From positions 17,608,001 to 17,672,000 of the forward strand of contig JBHGNT010000016.1 in assembly GCA_043228905.1 (NCBI GenBank): a stretch of 64,000 nucleotides of DNA, given 5' to 3'. The translations under genes were made by a program, and so were the position numbers. The notes below the pieces were generated by a model. That model was not told where the DNA came from. It worked only from the letters and a program-made list of their open reading frames with translations, and did no database searches. This DNA is from Azolla caroliniana (lineage: Eukaryota > Plantae > Polypodiophyta). Of this stretch, positions 25,743 through 37,622 are shown one piece after another; within the stretch, counting starts at the first letter, position 1; every line of letters begins with the position of its first letter.

Positions 25743-25957
25743 CTCACCGGGTCTTCACCATCCGGCTCTCCGTAGCCGAGTACTCCTCATCCGGTTCTCA
25801 CCAGGTCTGCACCATCTGGTTCTCCGTAGCCGAGTACTCCTCATCCGGTTCTCACCGAGTCTTCACCATCCGGCTCTCCGTAGCCGGGTACTCCTCATCT
25901 GGTTCTCACCGGGTCTGCACCATCCAGCTCTCCGTAGCCGGGTACTTCTCATCCGTC
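25743..25957. repeat. ~4 x 54-bp tandem repeat in U3 of the copia F 5' LTR
   Basis: Same unit as 20926-21140. Confidence 0.9.
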
Positions 25958-26527
25958 AGCACTGTTCTTCTCCCTTCCCATCCGGAGGGACCTGTCTCCC
26001 AACAATATGGTGTCGGTGTTTGGAGGCTCTTATGGTTTGCTCATCATGGTTGAACTTGGACTTCCACTAGGTACAAGCCTAAGCTAAATGTCGTCATCCA
26101 TATTGTTACCGGCCGGCAAGGAGTCCAAAATACGGAGTGAAGGAATTAATTAAGAATGGTTGTAATTAAGCATAGTATGGACAGACGGACTGGAAACGGT
26201 ATGCCGTTCCAGATCCGGACGGATCCCGAATAGGTGCGATATGCACCGTTTTGTACTACGGGCCGGAAACCTATTTAAAGGCCCGGACCCCATTGTAATC
26301 GCAGCGGATAATTAATAGAGCATATGGTGTTATACTTCTGTGTTGATTTCCGTTCTGTACTTACTGTGATATCTTACGCGTGTAATTATCCAAAGCACTC
26401 TAATCGTGTAACCTACGTAAGTCGGTGTAATCGTTGAATCTTAATCCTATGCCGTAATCACCCTTTGGTGAAGTGTCTCCGTGACACCTTGTGTTAGGCC
26501 TTGTCCGGTCAGAGAATAACACAGTTT

Positions 26528-26543
26528 TGGCGACCACGATTCC
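26528..26543 (+). promoter_or_regulatory. Primer-binding site of G1 (tRNA-Arg-like)
   Basis: TGGCGACCACGATTCC lies 6 nt after the 5' LTR. An identical 16-mer occurs in G2 (44748-44763, minus). The tRNA identity is inferred from recalled tRNA-Arg 3' ends (...GTGGTCGCCA). Confidence 0.75.
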
Positions 26544-26574
26544 TGCTTTCTCGCAGCGAACGACGGCTTAAGGG

Positions 26575-29500
26575 ATGACGAGACCAACGCACGACCTGGT
26601 TACAGACCGAGCTCGACGCCTCGCCGAACGGCAAAGACGGCGTGAGACTTTCCAGCAAGCAGCGCAGGAAATTCGCTCGGATCGTTCGTTCTCCAACGAG
26701 ATCCGGAGAGTCGCGGAGGAATCTCTTCGGTTACGGCAAACTCGCGACCAGGACGACGGAAGCAGTCTAAGTAGTCTCCGGGAAACCGAACGCCTCCTCG
26801 AGGCACTGGCAAGCGGAGAAAACGAGGCAGAAGCCTTTTCAGCCTACGAATCGGATTCCGAAGGGGGATACAGCGTGCACACGAACTACCGGAGCAGCAA
26901 CGATACCCCCGGCGGCCCGGAGGACGACGGGTCGGAAACCGTGCCGACTCCAGAACCGGAACCGCAAATGGAAGCCGTCAACCCACCAACACCGGAAGTG
27001 GAAGAAGCAAAGCCACCGACACCAACGAAAGAGCCGGCAAAGGTACCGGAAGACGAGCCGGTGAAAGAACCGGAAAAAGAACCGGAAGAGGAACCGGAAA
27101 AAGCACCGGCAAAACAACCGGAAGTGGAACCGGAGAGGAAACTGGAAAGATATCAACAAACGCCACTAAACCGCGGCCTAATACTGGACGACGACATGTC
27201 GTTCCAATACTCAAAGTATCGCGATGATCCGGACGCGAAAGCGCATGTTCATGCCTTCGAGCAGACATGGGAAGCAAATCACACGTCCCAGCGAATGACA
27301 CCGGAGGAAGAAGAACGCTCGAAGATAGCGGAGTTCGGGGTCACGTTGGAAGGACCAGCGACACGATGGCGGCGGACGCAGGACCCGGCGACCATCACAA
27401 CCTTTGCAGAATTAAAAGCAAAATTCTTGCATTTTTTCCACAAGGAGGTCGACCAGACGACAATGGTGGGCCTATTTTATACGATCCGACAGGAGGCAGG
27501 GGAAAGCATTCCCCAATTCGTCATCCGTTTCCAACGAATGCATAGCCAGCTTGCCCGTGCACCCCCGGAGGAGGAATTACGGACGATATTTTTAAACGCA
27601 CTCCGGGAACCGTTACGCACGGTGTGTACGGTAATCGACTTTCGAGGAAGCACCATTGACCAGGTCATTGACCGGGTCAGAGAAATGGAAAAGTCAAGCT
27701 CATGGCTTACACTGGGAACACTGCAACGGGCGCTACCCACCGAGGAAGATCTCCGGTTCCGACAGGCAATTCAATGCACAATCTGCTTGAATGCCGGACA
27801 CTCGGCAGTGGAATGCACCATGCGAACCCAGTGTGTGATTTGTCAATCCAAGAGTCATACAACGGACCGGTGCAAGTATAACCTGTTAAACCGACAAGCA
27901 CCACCCGTCCGACGGATCGAGCCAAGAAGCAGCCGAGACGAAGATGACGATCGTTGGCAAAAAATGAACCGGTACCGACCGGCACAGGATGTCCGGTACG
28001 GAGACAGACAAGAGAATGATGGCCGGTACGGGAATCGGCATGATAACTACAACCGGTATGAGCGATCGGACCGCTATCGGGAGTCCAACAGACGACACGA
28101 GCAATACGACAGAGACCATTCCCCTGGTTACCGAAGGCACCAGGAGGACTACGGCCGATTTTACGATCCACCACGACCGGACTACCGAAATAAAAATAAG
28201 AATAATAAGAAACGGAATTTCAAGAAAGGTGGTCACACTAGGGACCCGGAACATGGAACCCCAAGGAGCCAACCGGCACAGAACGCACCACTCACTACGG
28301 GACCGACTCCGGCTACCAGCAATGCTGAATCCAGCAATACCCGTAAAGAGTACTGCTACTACTGCAGACAGGAAGGCCACTACAGTAACCAGTGCCCGGT
28401 AAAGAGCTACGAGAAACGACCAGCAGTTAATATGGTGGTTCCGGAAGTGGCGGATATACAGCAAGTAACCACACGGTCGAAAGGCATGGCCAAAGAGTGG
28501 GAAACACAAGAGGCCATACGAAAACAGGCGACGGAATGGGTGAAGGAAGCCAATGAAAGGAACGTCGCGGACGCGGAACGGCAAAAGGCGAATACCATAG
28601 GGAGTGCCGGCGCTGGCCACGCAGAAAACGAGACATGGCAAGCACTGCAAGAATGTCAGATCACGTTGCCATTAGGAAGACTCTTGCAGCTCGTGCCGCG
28701 ATTTACGGAAGGACTAAAAACGGTCATGACAGACGGTATAGCCCCACCAGCACCAGTCCTCTTCTCGAATCCGGGGGAGGGACCGACGGTGGTGGACACT
28801 AGTAGTCCGGTGATTACAGCTATTGTCAAAGGGCACGAACTTCCCGGCACCGTAATCGATGGAGGTTCCGGGGTGAACGTAATAAGCCTCCGCACGTGTG
28901 ATGCCTTGGGTATACATGAATGGGAGCCATGCCCGTTCTGGCTACGGATGGCGGATACGAGCTCTGTACGGCCGACGGGCTTAATACGGAAATTGGAGGT
29001 CACCATAGGAGGTCACACATTTCACATCTCGGTTGTAGTGCTGCAGCTACAGGCGCAAGGCGCGTATCCACTGTTGCTGGGCAGACCATGGTTGAAAACA
29101 GCACACATCAAGCAAAATTGGCGGAAAAATATGATTACCTTCCGGCGCGGAAAAGCCAAGGTCCGGGTACCGACACAACCACGGACGAGCAACGGTAAGG
29201 AATGCACACCGTTGTATGCGGAATGCGTGAACATGCTTGAAGGATTGGCAGACGACGAAGAAGCCCAGTACTTGGAGGAACACCCGAAGATCGTACCACT
29301 CTTCGAGATTGACGTAGCTGAAGCCGTAGCGCCATACTTGCCGCAGCGGGACGACACCGAAGCCGAACCAGACAAAGATGCGATTCGGGAATTACGGCAA
29401 GCACAGGAAGCATTGGAACGGGAAATGGCCGTTTCCCAACGGGTAAAAACATCCCAGCTCGACGAAGTGAACCTAGGAAGCAAGGACGAATCAAAGCCGG

Positions 29501-32421
29501 TACACATCGCCAAAGAAATGAAGCCGGAAGATAAAGCGGCGATGATCAAACTTCTCACGGAGTTTCGCGACGTATTCGCCTGGTCATACGAAGACATGCG
29601 AGGGCTGGACCCTCAATTATATCAGCATCAGATCCACTTAGGCAAGGACGCGAAACCAGTGGCGCAAAGACGTTACCGAATGAACCCCAACTACGCCGCC
29701 AAAGTGAAGGAGGAAATCGACAAACTCCTAAGAGTGGGCTTCATCCGGCCGGTAAAGAAAGCGACGTGGCTGAGCCCCATCGTCGTCGTCCCAAAGAAGA
29801 ACGGTAAAATCCGCGTGTGTGTAGATTACCGGAAACTAAATGCAGCCACAATTACGGATGCATTCCCTCTTCCGTTCACGGATGGAGTACTGGATGTCGT
29901 CGCCGGCCATGAAGTTTATAGCTTTCTAGACGGGTTCAGCGGTTACAATCAAATCCGGATGCACCCTGACGACCAGGAGAAGACAGCGTTCGTCACCGAA
30001 TGGGGGGTGTTTGTGGCCGAAGTAATGATGTTCGGCCTAAAAACGGCACCAGCAACTTTCCAGCGAATCATCATGGAGATCTTCGGCGAATACATTCCTG
30101 CCTTCATGCAGGTTTTCCTGGATGATTTTGCAGTCTATAGCCGGGGAAAAGACCATTTGCAGCACCTACGGTTATGCCTTGAAAAGTGTAGGTTATACCG
30201 GCTAAGCTTAAACCCAGCAAAATGCATCTTTGGAGTTTCAAGTGGAATATTACTGGGACACATTGTAAGTAAGGAGGGCATTGCGGTCGACCCGGACAAA
30301 GTAAACGCGATACTAGGGGCACCGGCGCCGAAAACGGCCAAAGCACTAAGCCGATTCTTAGGACAGATCCGGTGGCACAGCCGGATGCTCCGTCACTTGG
30401 CTGACTTGGCTACACCATTACACACCGCGGTACATCGGACACCGTTCCAATGGACGGATACGGAGGATAAGGCATACAATGCCCTGAAGGTACTTTTGTC
30501 GCAAGCACCCGTCGTGCAGCCTCCGGATTGGAGCAAGGAATTTCATGTGTTCGTTGACGCTTCCGACATCGCCATCGGCAGCGCCTTAATGCAACTTACG
30601 GAGCCCAAATGGTACCGGCCGGTATATTACGCCAGCCGGAAGCTGTCCCAAGCGGAGAAGAACTATTCGACGACGGAACGGGAGGCCCTGGGCATGATCT
30701 ACAGTGTCACAAAGTTTCGTCATTACCTATTGGGAAGGAAGTTCTCCTTTCATGTGGATCACTCGGCGCTCCTGTACTTAGTGTCCAAGGCGTCCCTGAC
30801 CGGTAAGTTGGCCCGTTGGACCTTGCTGTTGCAGGAGTTCGAATTCGAGATCTTCCACCGGCCCGGTATCCAGCATGCCGTAGCAGACTACCTGAGCCGG
30901 TTAGAGTCCGGAGAATCAGGCGACGGAGTATCGGATGAATTCCCGGACGCAGAGTTATTCCGTATCACCCCGGAAACGGCAGCGGACGACACGGTGGCAT
31001 CAGAAGATAGGTGGTTGACAAACATGCACTAGTTCCTAAGCACGGGCCTGCCACCGGAGGAAATGAACCGGGACGAGAGGAAACGATTGGCGGTGCAGAG
31101 CCGCAATTTCTGTCTGTTACGGGACACTCTCTACCACAAAGAAGCAGATGGAATATGGAGACGGGCAGTCCGTAGTGACGAGAAACAAGTAATCTTACGG
31201 GAAGCACACTGTGGGGTTGCCGGAGGACACTATGCCGGGGAAGCGACGGCAAGGAAAGTATGGCAGAGCGGCTTATGGTGGCCCACGACGTTAAAAGACG
31301 CTGTCAAGTATGCTAAGGAATGTGACCTATGCCAACGAATGGGCCAGCCTACGGAGCAAGCACGGATGCCACACCAACCGGTACTTCCACTAGAGCCATT
31401 CCAGAAGTGGGGGTTGGATTTTGTCGGACCGTTCAAGCCACCGGCAATGAGAACGGGTAATCGTTATGTCATCGTGGCAACGGATTATTGCACTAAATGG
31501 GTGGAGGCTAAGGCCTTGAGAGACAATACCGCGTCATCCACAGCAAAATTCCTGTACGAGAACATTTGGTGCCGATATGGATGTCCGATTGAATTAATCA
31601 GCGGCCAAGGAGGGCACTTCCTCGGCCAGGTAGTGGAAAGCTTAACAACGTTCTATGCCGTGGTCCATAAACGGAGCACACCGTACTACCCACAAGCGAA
31701 CGGGTTAGCAGAGTCCACCAACAAAACGCTGCAGAACATTCTCCGCAAAATCGTCAATGAAAACCGGACGGACTGGGATACAAAGCTCCATAGCGCGCTA
31801 TGGGCGTACCGAACGGCATACAAAACAAGTATCCGGACAACGCCGTTCCGGTTAGCGTTCGGCTTAGAGGCGGTCATGCCGGTGGAGTTTCAGGTACCAA
31901 GCTTACGGACCCAACTACGGGAACGGCTGAATGAAAAGGAGTCGGAGGAAAGGCGGCTAGCAGCACTATGCGAACTGGAGGAGCAACGGTTGGCCAGCAT
32001 CCTACACATGGAACTGGAGCAACGACGACGGAAAGCGTTCGTTGACCGTCACCGGAAAGGTAATGAAAAGATGTTCGAAATCGGAAAGCCGGTGCTAGTA
32101 TTCCAAACAAGGATGGGCAAGATGCCGGGTAAACTCCGGTTCAGATGGACAGGCCCGTATTGGCTGACACGGGAATACAACGGGTCCTATCAGTTAGGGA
32201 CACTTGCCGGTGAAGTACTAGGCAAGTGGGTCAACGGATTTAGATTAAAGCCCTATAAAGGACCGATGCCAAAGAACCCGTTTATGCAGACCACCGGCAC
32301 TATACCGGGAACGGTACGGAGGGAAGAAAAAGACGACGGGGAACCCGTAGCAAAGGCGAAGGAAGACACGGCAACCCGTAAGGAAAACGGTAAGGGTCCG
32401 AAGGGACCTACGGATGTGTAA
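26575..32421 (+). CDS. G1 Gag-Pol polyprotein, single frame with one premature TAG at 31030-31032
   Basis: Gag with three CCHC knuckles (CTICLNAGHSAVEC, CVICQSKSHTTDRC, CYYCRQEGHYSNQC). Protease VIDGGSGVN; RT RVCVDYRKLN/FLDGFSGYNQI/FLDD; RNase H FVDAS; integrase HCGVAGGH..CDLC, WGLDFVGP, WTGPY. G2 has Gln (CAA) at the stop position. Confidence 0.92.
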
Positions 32422-32802
32422 GATCACATACCGTCATTAAAATAAATAAATAAAATAAAAAAAAATAAAAAAAAATCATTAAAAATCGAGGTATGAACGG
32501 ACGCGAAAGCAAGGAGCGAAAAGGTACGTAGTGGGCATTTAAGAGCCGCCACGTTACTTAATACTAAATCGGTACACGACGTGCGCATGCTCGAAAAAGG
32601 CGCCAAGACGCACAGAGAAAAAGAAGAGCGCATGGAGACCTTCTTTTTTCGCGAGCCAAGAAGCACAGAAGCACCAAGGCAGTGGAACCTTAGCAAACGC
32701 GAACCTGCACTCAGAGAACCCCCGCGCTCAGAACGCTCTCTCTCTCGCCCTCACTCTCTTCACCACTCTACCTCGCCATCCTTCCTCGACCTCGAAGCAG
32801 AC

Positions 32803-35414
32803 ATGGAACCACAAACGCTGTCGGAAGCGGCCAGGAAATGGTTCAGGCAACACGGACTGGATGGGTTCTTGACCATCATGGAGGCACCACCGCACAGAGA
32901 AGCCGACCGGGTCATCAAGGAGCTCGCCACAGAGGTCATCACCGAGGAAGCGATCCGTGCGCTAACAGGCCTTCCGGAGGGAGGTATCTTTCAGATCGAT
33001 AACCCAACCTCGGAGCAACTCATCCGATATTTCGGTGAGTACTCTGTTGCCGGCAAAGGCTATCGAACGCAGGGCGGCGAAGATCCGCTATTCAGGGAGA
33101 TAGCTCGAGTGCTCCATGAGTACGGCCACGTGTACCCCCGACCCCCTGTCATGCCAAAAAATCGGGCAGGGATGATCATAGCCACCTATGAAGGGACCAA
33201 GGTGGATTGGCCGGTGTTGATTGCAGACGGTTTGTGCGCGGCAATCGACATGGTACGAGGAAAGGACGGCAAGGAGGGCCGGAAGCTGTGGCATGCCGTA
33301 GCTCAGTGGATAACATTGCTAGTGCCGCCGGTCGAGACCGTCCAGCCAAAGAAGCGGCCAAGATTATCGGAAGGAAGCACCTCGAAACCCGCGTCTAAAC
33401 GACAGCAGCTGCTGGCGTCGAAGGCGACGAAAGGGAAGAAACGGCTCTCAGAACCGGAGGAGGTGTCACCGGTCCGACCCGTCAAGATAACCATACGGCG
33501 ACCGGGACAGAAGGAACCGGAACCCTTGACGGCACAGAAACATGCCGTTACCCAGGAAGAGGAAACGGAGGAGGCAGAAGAGCACCTCCAACGACGGTCA
33601 AGAAGTAGGACCGCCGGGACAGCGGGGGAGCGTTCGTACCCGCAAGAGGAAGAAACGACGCCCCCAACTCAACCTGAGCAAACCACAAGGGAGGAACCGG
33701 AACCGGTGCGTATGGAACCGGCCTTTTCGGCTTCTATAGAAGAAGTCATTCCAACGGCTCCGGAGACGGCGAGAACCGGAACTCAACAGCCGACGAGCCC
33801 AGCCAGCACACACGGCGGCCAAGGAGTAGGACCAGTACAGCAGCAAGGCACCAGTAGCATGTGGCTACGGTGGGTAGGCGAGCAGATCGCCGGAGCGGTC
33901 GAGTACATAGAGGCGGAGGAGAGAGCGCACAACGAACGGTTGCTCGTCACAACCGTAGATCTAGAGACGACCCGGTCCAGAATCCGGAGCCTTGAACAAG
34001 ACTTGGACAGGGTCACAAGGGAAATGGCTCAATTGGCTTTGACAACACAAGTCCAAGCACCGGTGACTCCGGGCAATGTACAGAATAAAGCGTCAGATCA
34101 ACCTGTACATAGCAATCAGACCCCGGCAACGGAAACCGTTCCGGAGAGAAATGCGGCACAAGCCCAAGAGCTTGCGGACTTAAAGGATGAGCTAGCTGCC
34201 CAAGAAGCGCTGAGGAGCCGCGAAAGAGAGTTGAAGACGGCAGCGGAGGCAGAACTCAAAAAGACTGCTGAGAATCTACGCCGGGCCGAGGAGAGCGTAC
34301 GGAAAGGCCACCAAGCGTACGACCGGCTCAAGGAGGAGAAGGAGAAAATGTTGCAAGAGAAGGACAGGCTCCGGAGGAACGCCGAAACAGAAGTAGAGCG
34401 CCTGAAAGAGGAACTCCGGCAGGTAAAGGACCGGGAGGACCGGAACCAGCGCCAGATCAACGGCAAGCTCAAACAAAAAACGGAGGAATTTGAGCACTTG
34501 CACCGGGAGTATAAACGGTTGCAAACGGAGCACAAGGAACGGACAGATGAGCTCCGGCAAGCAGTTGATCGGACCGCAACGGCATACGCTAAGGAACAAG
34601 CGGAAACCAGGAGACGGTTGGAAGAGGCGGAGAAGGTTCGGACAGAGCTCCTCAGGCAACAGCAGGCGGAAAAAGAAAGAGCGGCGGAGGTACTACAGAG
34701 GCTGCAGACAACATATCAAGGGCAGTTGACGCGCTACAGAGAGCAGGCGGAGGATACGGCTAATCTCATCAAGCAGTTGAAGGAGGAGCGACAAGTGGTG
34801 GAAAGCAGAGCGCAAATGGGAGCAAGTCGCATCCAGGATATCATGCGGGCCTGGTTGAACCAGACCAAGAGCTTGATTGACAACGGTTCCGTCAAATGGT
34901 GGACCAAGTGGGCCACGAACGCGGCGGAACTCCAATTGCTCCGGGCCGACGTTGAGAACCGGCGGAAGGAGGGAGATGATTGCTATATGCTAACTTCCGA
35001 AGAGTTCACCGGCATAAGAGATGAGCTGGCCGAAGACTTTCAAGCCTTGGCAGACGACCAACTAGGGCAAGTCCGGCAACTTGTAGCTCAGCTGGACGAC
35101 GACAGGCTGGAGGCGCAGATCCAGTTTGAAAGCTACGAGAGGTCCCGGATCCGGGAAGAGAAAGAACGAGAACCGGTTACGGTCAACCTCAGTGATGAGG
35201 AACCGTTACTGGAAGGAGACCGGACCGGAAGCAGTCAAACGGAGCAGCCGGAGTCAGAGAAACAAACGGAGCAGCCGCCTATAGAGCAGCCGGAACAGCC
35301 TCAGCCCAACCGCAACCGCAGCAGCAGCAGCAAGCACAGCCGCAACAACCACAACCGGAAGAACAAGTGGAAACTCTGGAACAAAGTATTTTGGACAATT
35401 TGGGTGAACAATGA
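32803..35414 (+). CDS. G1 accessory ORF3 (~870 aa): N-terminal globular domain, long coiled coil and Q/P/E-rich tail; 1-nt frameshift near 35307
   Basis: ATG 32803 (MEPQTLSEAARKWF) aligns with the G2 start MDCVALSEAAKKWL. The shifted frame ends ...LEQSILDNLGEQ*, matching G2 ...LDQSILDILDED*. No obvious transmembrane segment. Confidence 0.8.
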
Positions 35415-35447
35415 AGGGGCCGAGAAGGGTTCGACGTACAAGGTACT

Positions 35448-35464
35448 GTCCCACGGGCGTGCCA
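35448..35464 (+). other. tRNA 3'-end-like motif (inverted second PBS) at the PPT position of G1
   Basis: GTCCCACGGGCGTGCCA followed by TG and then the 3' LTR. The minus strand reads LTR-CA-TGGCACGCCCGTGGGAC. No purine tract abuts the LTR. Confidence 0.75.
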
Positions 35465-37622
35465 TGTGTTACCGGCCGGCAAGGAGTCCAAAATACGGAG
35501 TGAAGGAATTAATTAAGAATGGTTGTAATTAAGCATAGTATGGACGGACGGACTGGAAACGGTATGCCGTTCCAGATCCGGACGGATCCCGAATAGGTGC
35601 GATATGCACCGTTTTGTACTACGGGCCGGAAACCTATTTAAAGGCCCGGACCCCATTGTAATCGCAGCGGATAATTAATAGAGCATATGGTGTTATACTT
35701 CTGTGTTGATTTCCGTTCTGTACTTACTGTGATATCTTACGCGTGTAATTATCCAAAGCACTCTAATCGTGTAACCTACGTAAGTCGGTGTAATCGTTGA
35801 ATCTTAATCTTATGCCGTAATCACCCTTTGGTGAAGTGTCTCCGTGACACCTTGTGTTAGGCCTTGTCCGGTCAGAGAATAACACATATTGACGCCCAAC
35901 TCTTCCCCAGTCAAGCCGGATGGAGCCAAATCAGGTTCATACCATGATGTTGATTCATCGAAGACTACGTCTTTACTTAGCTGAACAGCTCGGGTCGAAG
36001 GGTTGAAGCACTTCTCGAACAAATATCCTACGAGGATACATTTCTCTGACTTCAGGTCGTTCTTCTGATGTTTTTCGTTCGAGATGTGTACATACGCAAT
36101 GCTTCCGAACACTTTGAGGTGCGACAGAATCGGCTTCCTTCCAACAAGGATCTCGTATGGAGTTAGCTCATGCACTCCATTAGTGGTGCACCGATTCATG
36201 AGATAGACGAATGTGGATGCTGCTTCGGCCCAACAGAAATTCGGCATGTGCTTCTCATGCAACATGGCACGTGCTACCTCGAGTATATGCCAATTCTTCC
36301 TTTCGGCTACTCCATTTTCTCAAGGTATGTGTCGGCACTAAAATTCTCTCCTTATTCCCTCACCTTGGACATAGGAGACAAATTCGTCGGAGAAGTATTC
36401 CTTTCCTCCATCCGATCATAGAAATCGAATACGCCGGCTGGTTTCTTTTTCGACTTGGCTCCTAAGATTTTGGGAGTGGGAAAGCACTTCACTCTTCTTC
36501 TTCATCGGGAAGATCCATGTGTAGTGCACGTAGTCATCGATGAAGGTGACGTAATAACAGCATCCTCCGATCGTCGGCGTTTGAGTTGGTCCCCATACAT
36601 CCGAGTGGATGACGTCAAGGAGGCCTTTACTTACATAGCTCTCCTTTGGAAATGGGAGTCGATGTTGTTTGCTGATTTGACATGCTTCACACACTCGATT
36701 AACTCATTTCGACTCAAAGGCTAGAAGTCCGATGACGACTCCCTTGATTGCATCACTCGAAGCCATTAGAGATTGATGTGGCCGATTCTCTTGTGCCACA
36801 ACTCAATGTTTGTCTCAGTTTTGAGACCTTTTATATACATGACCAATTTTACCTCATCCAAATCGAGAATAAATATTCAGCCTTCTTTTCTTCCTCTTGC
36901 TATGAGTCGGCCATTCTTTTCTATAAAGCATCCTCTATTGTTGAAACGGATTTGCAAGCCTTGCTCCACGATTTGGCTGATTGAGACTAAAATCTTCATT
37001 ATTGTAGGAACATGCAAGACATTTTTGATGCAATTGTTTTTGTCGTCTTTGCCGAATGGAACGTTGCCGATGTGCCGAATGAGATTTGTGGTGTTGTCTC
37101 TTGTCTCTATGTAGCCGGGTCGATCCAACATCCTTAAGTCACGAAACCATTCTTAATGTAACGTCATATGATTTGAGGCGACGGAGTCAACGAACCACAC
37201 GTCTTCCGAACTGGAGGTGCTTGTGGATTCAGAAGCCAACATAGAGTTTGCCTTATGTCGCATGACGGACAATCCATCGTAGTCTTCAAAGTCCGAGTTG
37301 GTGGTGTAGTTTGTGAGTTGTCGGCTTGTGGAAGCCAACTCGCTTCTTTTCTTTCAACGCTCCTCTTCGCAGTGGTCGATCTTCCCATAATAGTTGCAGG
37401 TAAGTTGCATGGTTTGTCAACCTTGTTCGGCATGGAAGCTCCCCCTTCTTCCGAAGGTTCCTCAAACACTTCCATTTTCTTGCCGAAATTTTGAGTTCCC
37501 TTCGTGAGATGGGCCGAATCGACCTCTTTTGTCGCCACAACCTCGACCTCAACCGCCATCCGAATTCTAGAAGAACAAGTGTCCTTCCAACGTCTTACTC
37601 TTGGTTCGGACATGTTTCTCTT

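Larger units (their letters stand above)
20457..26004 (-). mobile_element. Full-length Tnt1/Tork-like Ty1/copia 'F' (LTRs 20457-21188 and 25274-26004)
   Basis: TSD ATATG at 20452-20456 and 26005-26009. iMet PBS 25260-25271; PPT 21189-21200. About 17 substitutions plus 1 indel between the LTRs by eye, mostly C>T/G>A. Confidence 0.96.
26104..35884 (+). mobile_element. Young full-length non-chromoviral Ty3/gypsy 'G1' (Athila/Tat-related) with an extra 3' ORF
   Basis: TSD CATAT at 26099-26103 and 35885-35889. 418-bp LTRs 26104-26521 and 35467-35884 differ at 2 positions by eye. Order gag-PR-RT-RH-IN; RT motif QVFLDDFAVY; no chromodomain seen. Confidence 0.96.

Noticed and set aside
27477-29597. 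Several 100-250 aa antisense ORFs within G1 (and similar ones in other elements, e.g. 14869-15633, 38719-39504)
   Set aside because: These are shadow ORFs of GC-rich coding sequence with no recognisable motifs.
31030-31032. Programmed stop-codon readthrough between RNase H and integrase
   Set aside because: The related G2 has a Gln codon here and the context is not the CARYYA readthrough signal. A C>T mutation is simpler.
32803-35414. ORF3 as a retroviral-type envelope or a captured SMC/myosin gene
   Set aside because: No signal peptide, TM helix or Walker motifs are visible. Coiled-coil similarity alone is non-specific.
35413-35429. GAAGGGGCCGAGAAGGG as the G1 polypurine tract
   Set aside because: It lies ~38 nt from the LTR, is interrupted by CC and is poorly conserved in G2. 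A PPT normally abuts U3. Not fully excluded experimentally.
32581-35532. 983-aa ORF as listed, running into the 3' LTR
   Set aside because: Homology with G2 begins at ATG 32803 and the conserved C-terminus lies in another frame ending at 35414. The extension results from a 1-nt frameshift.
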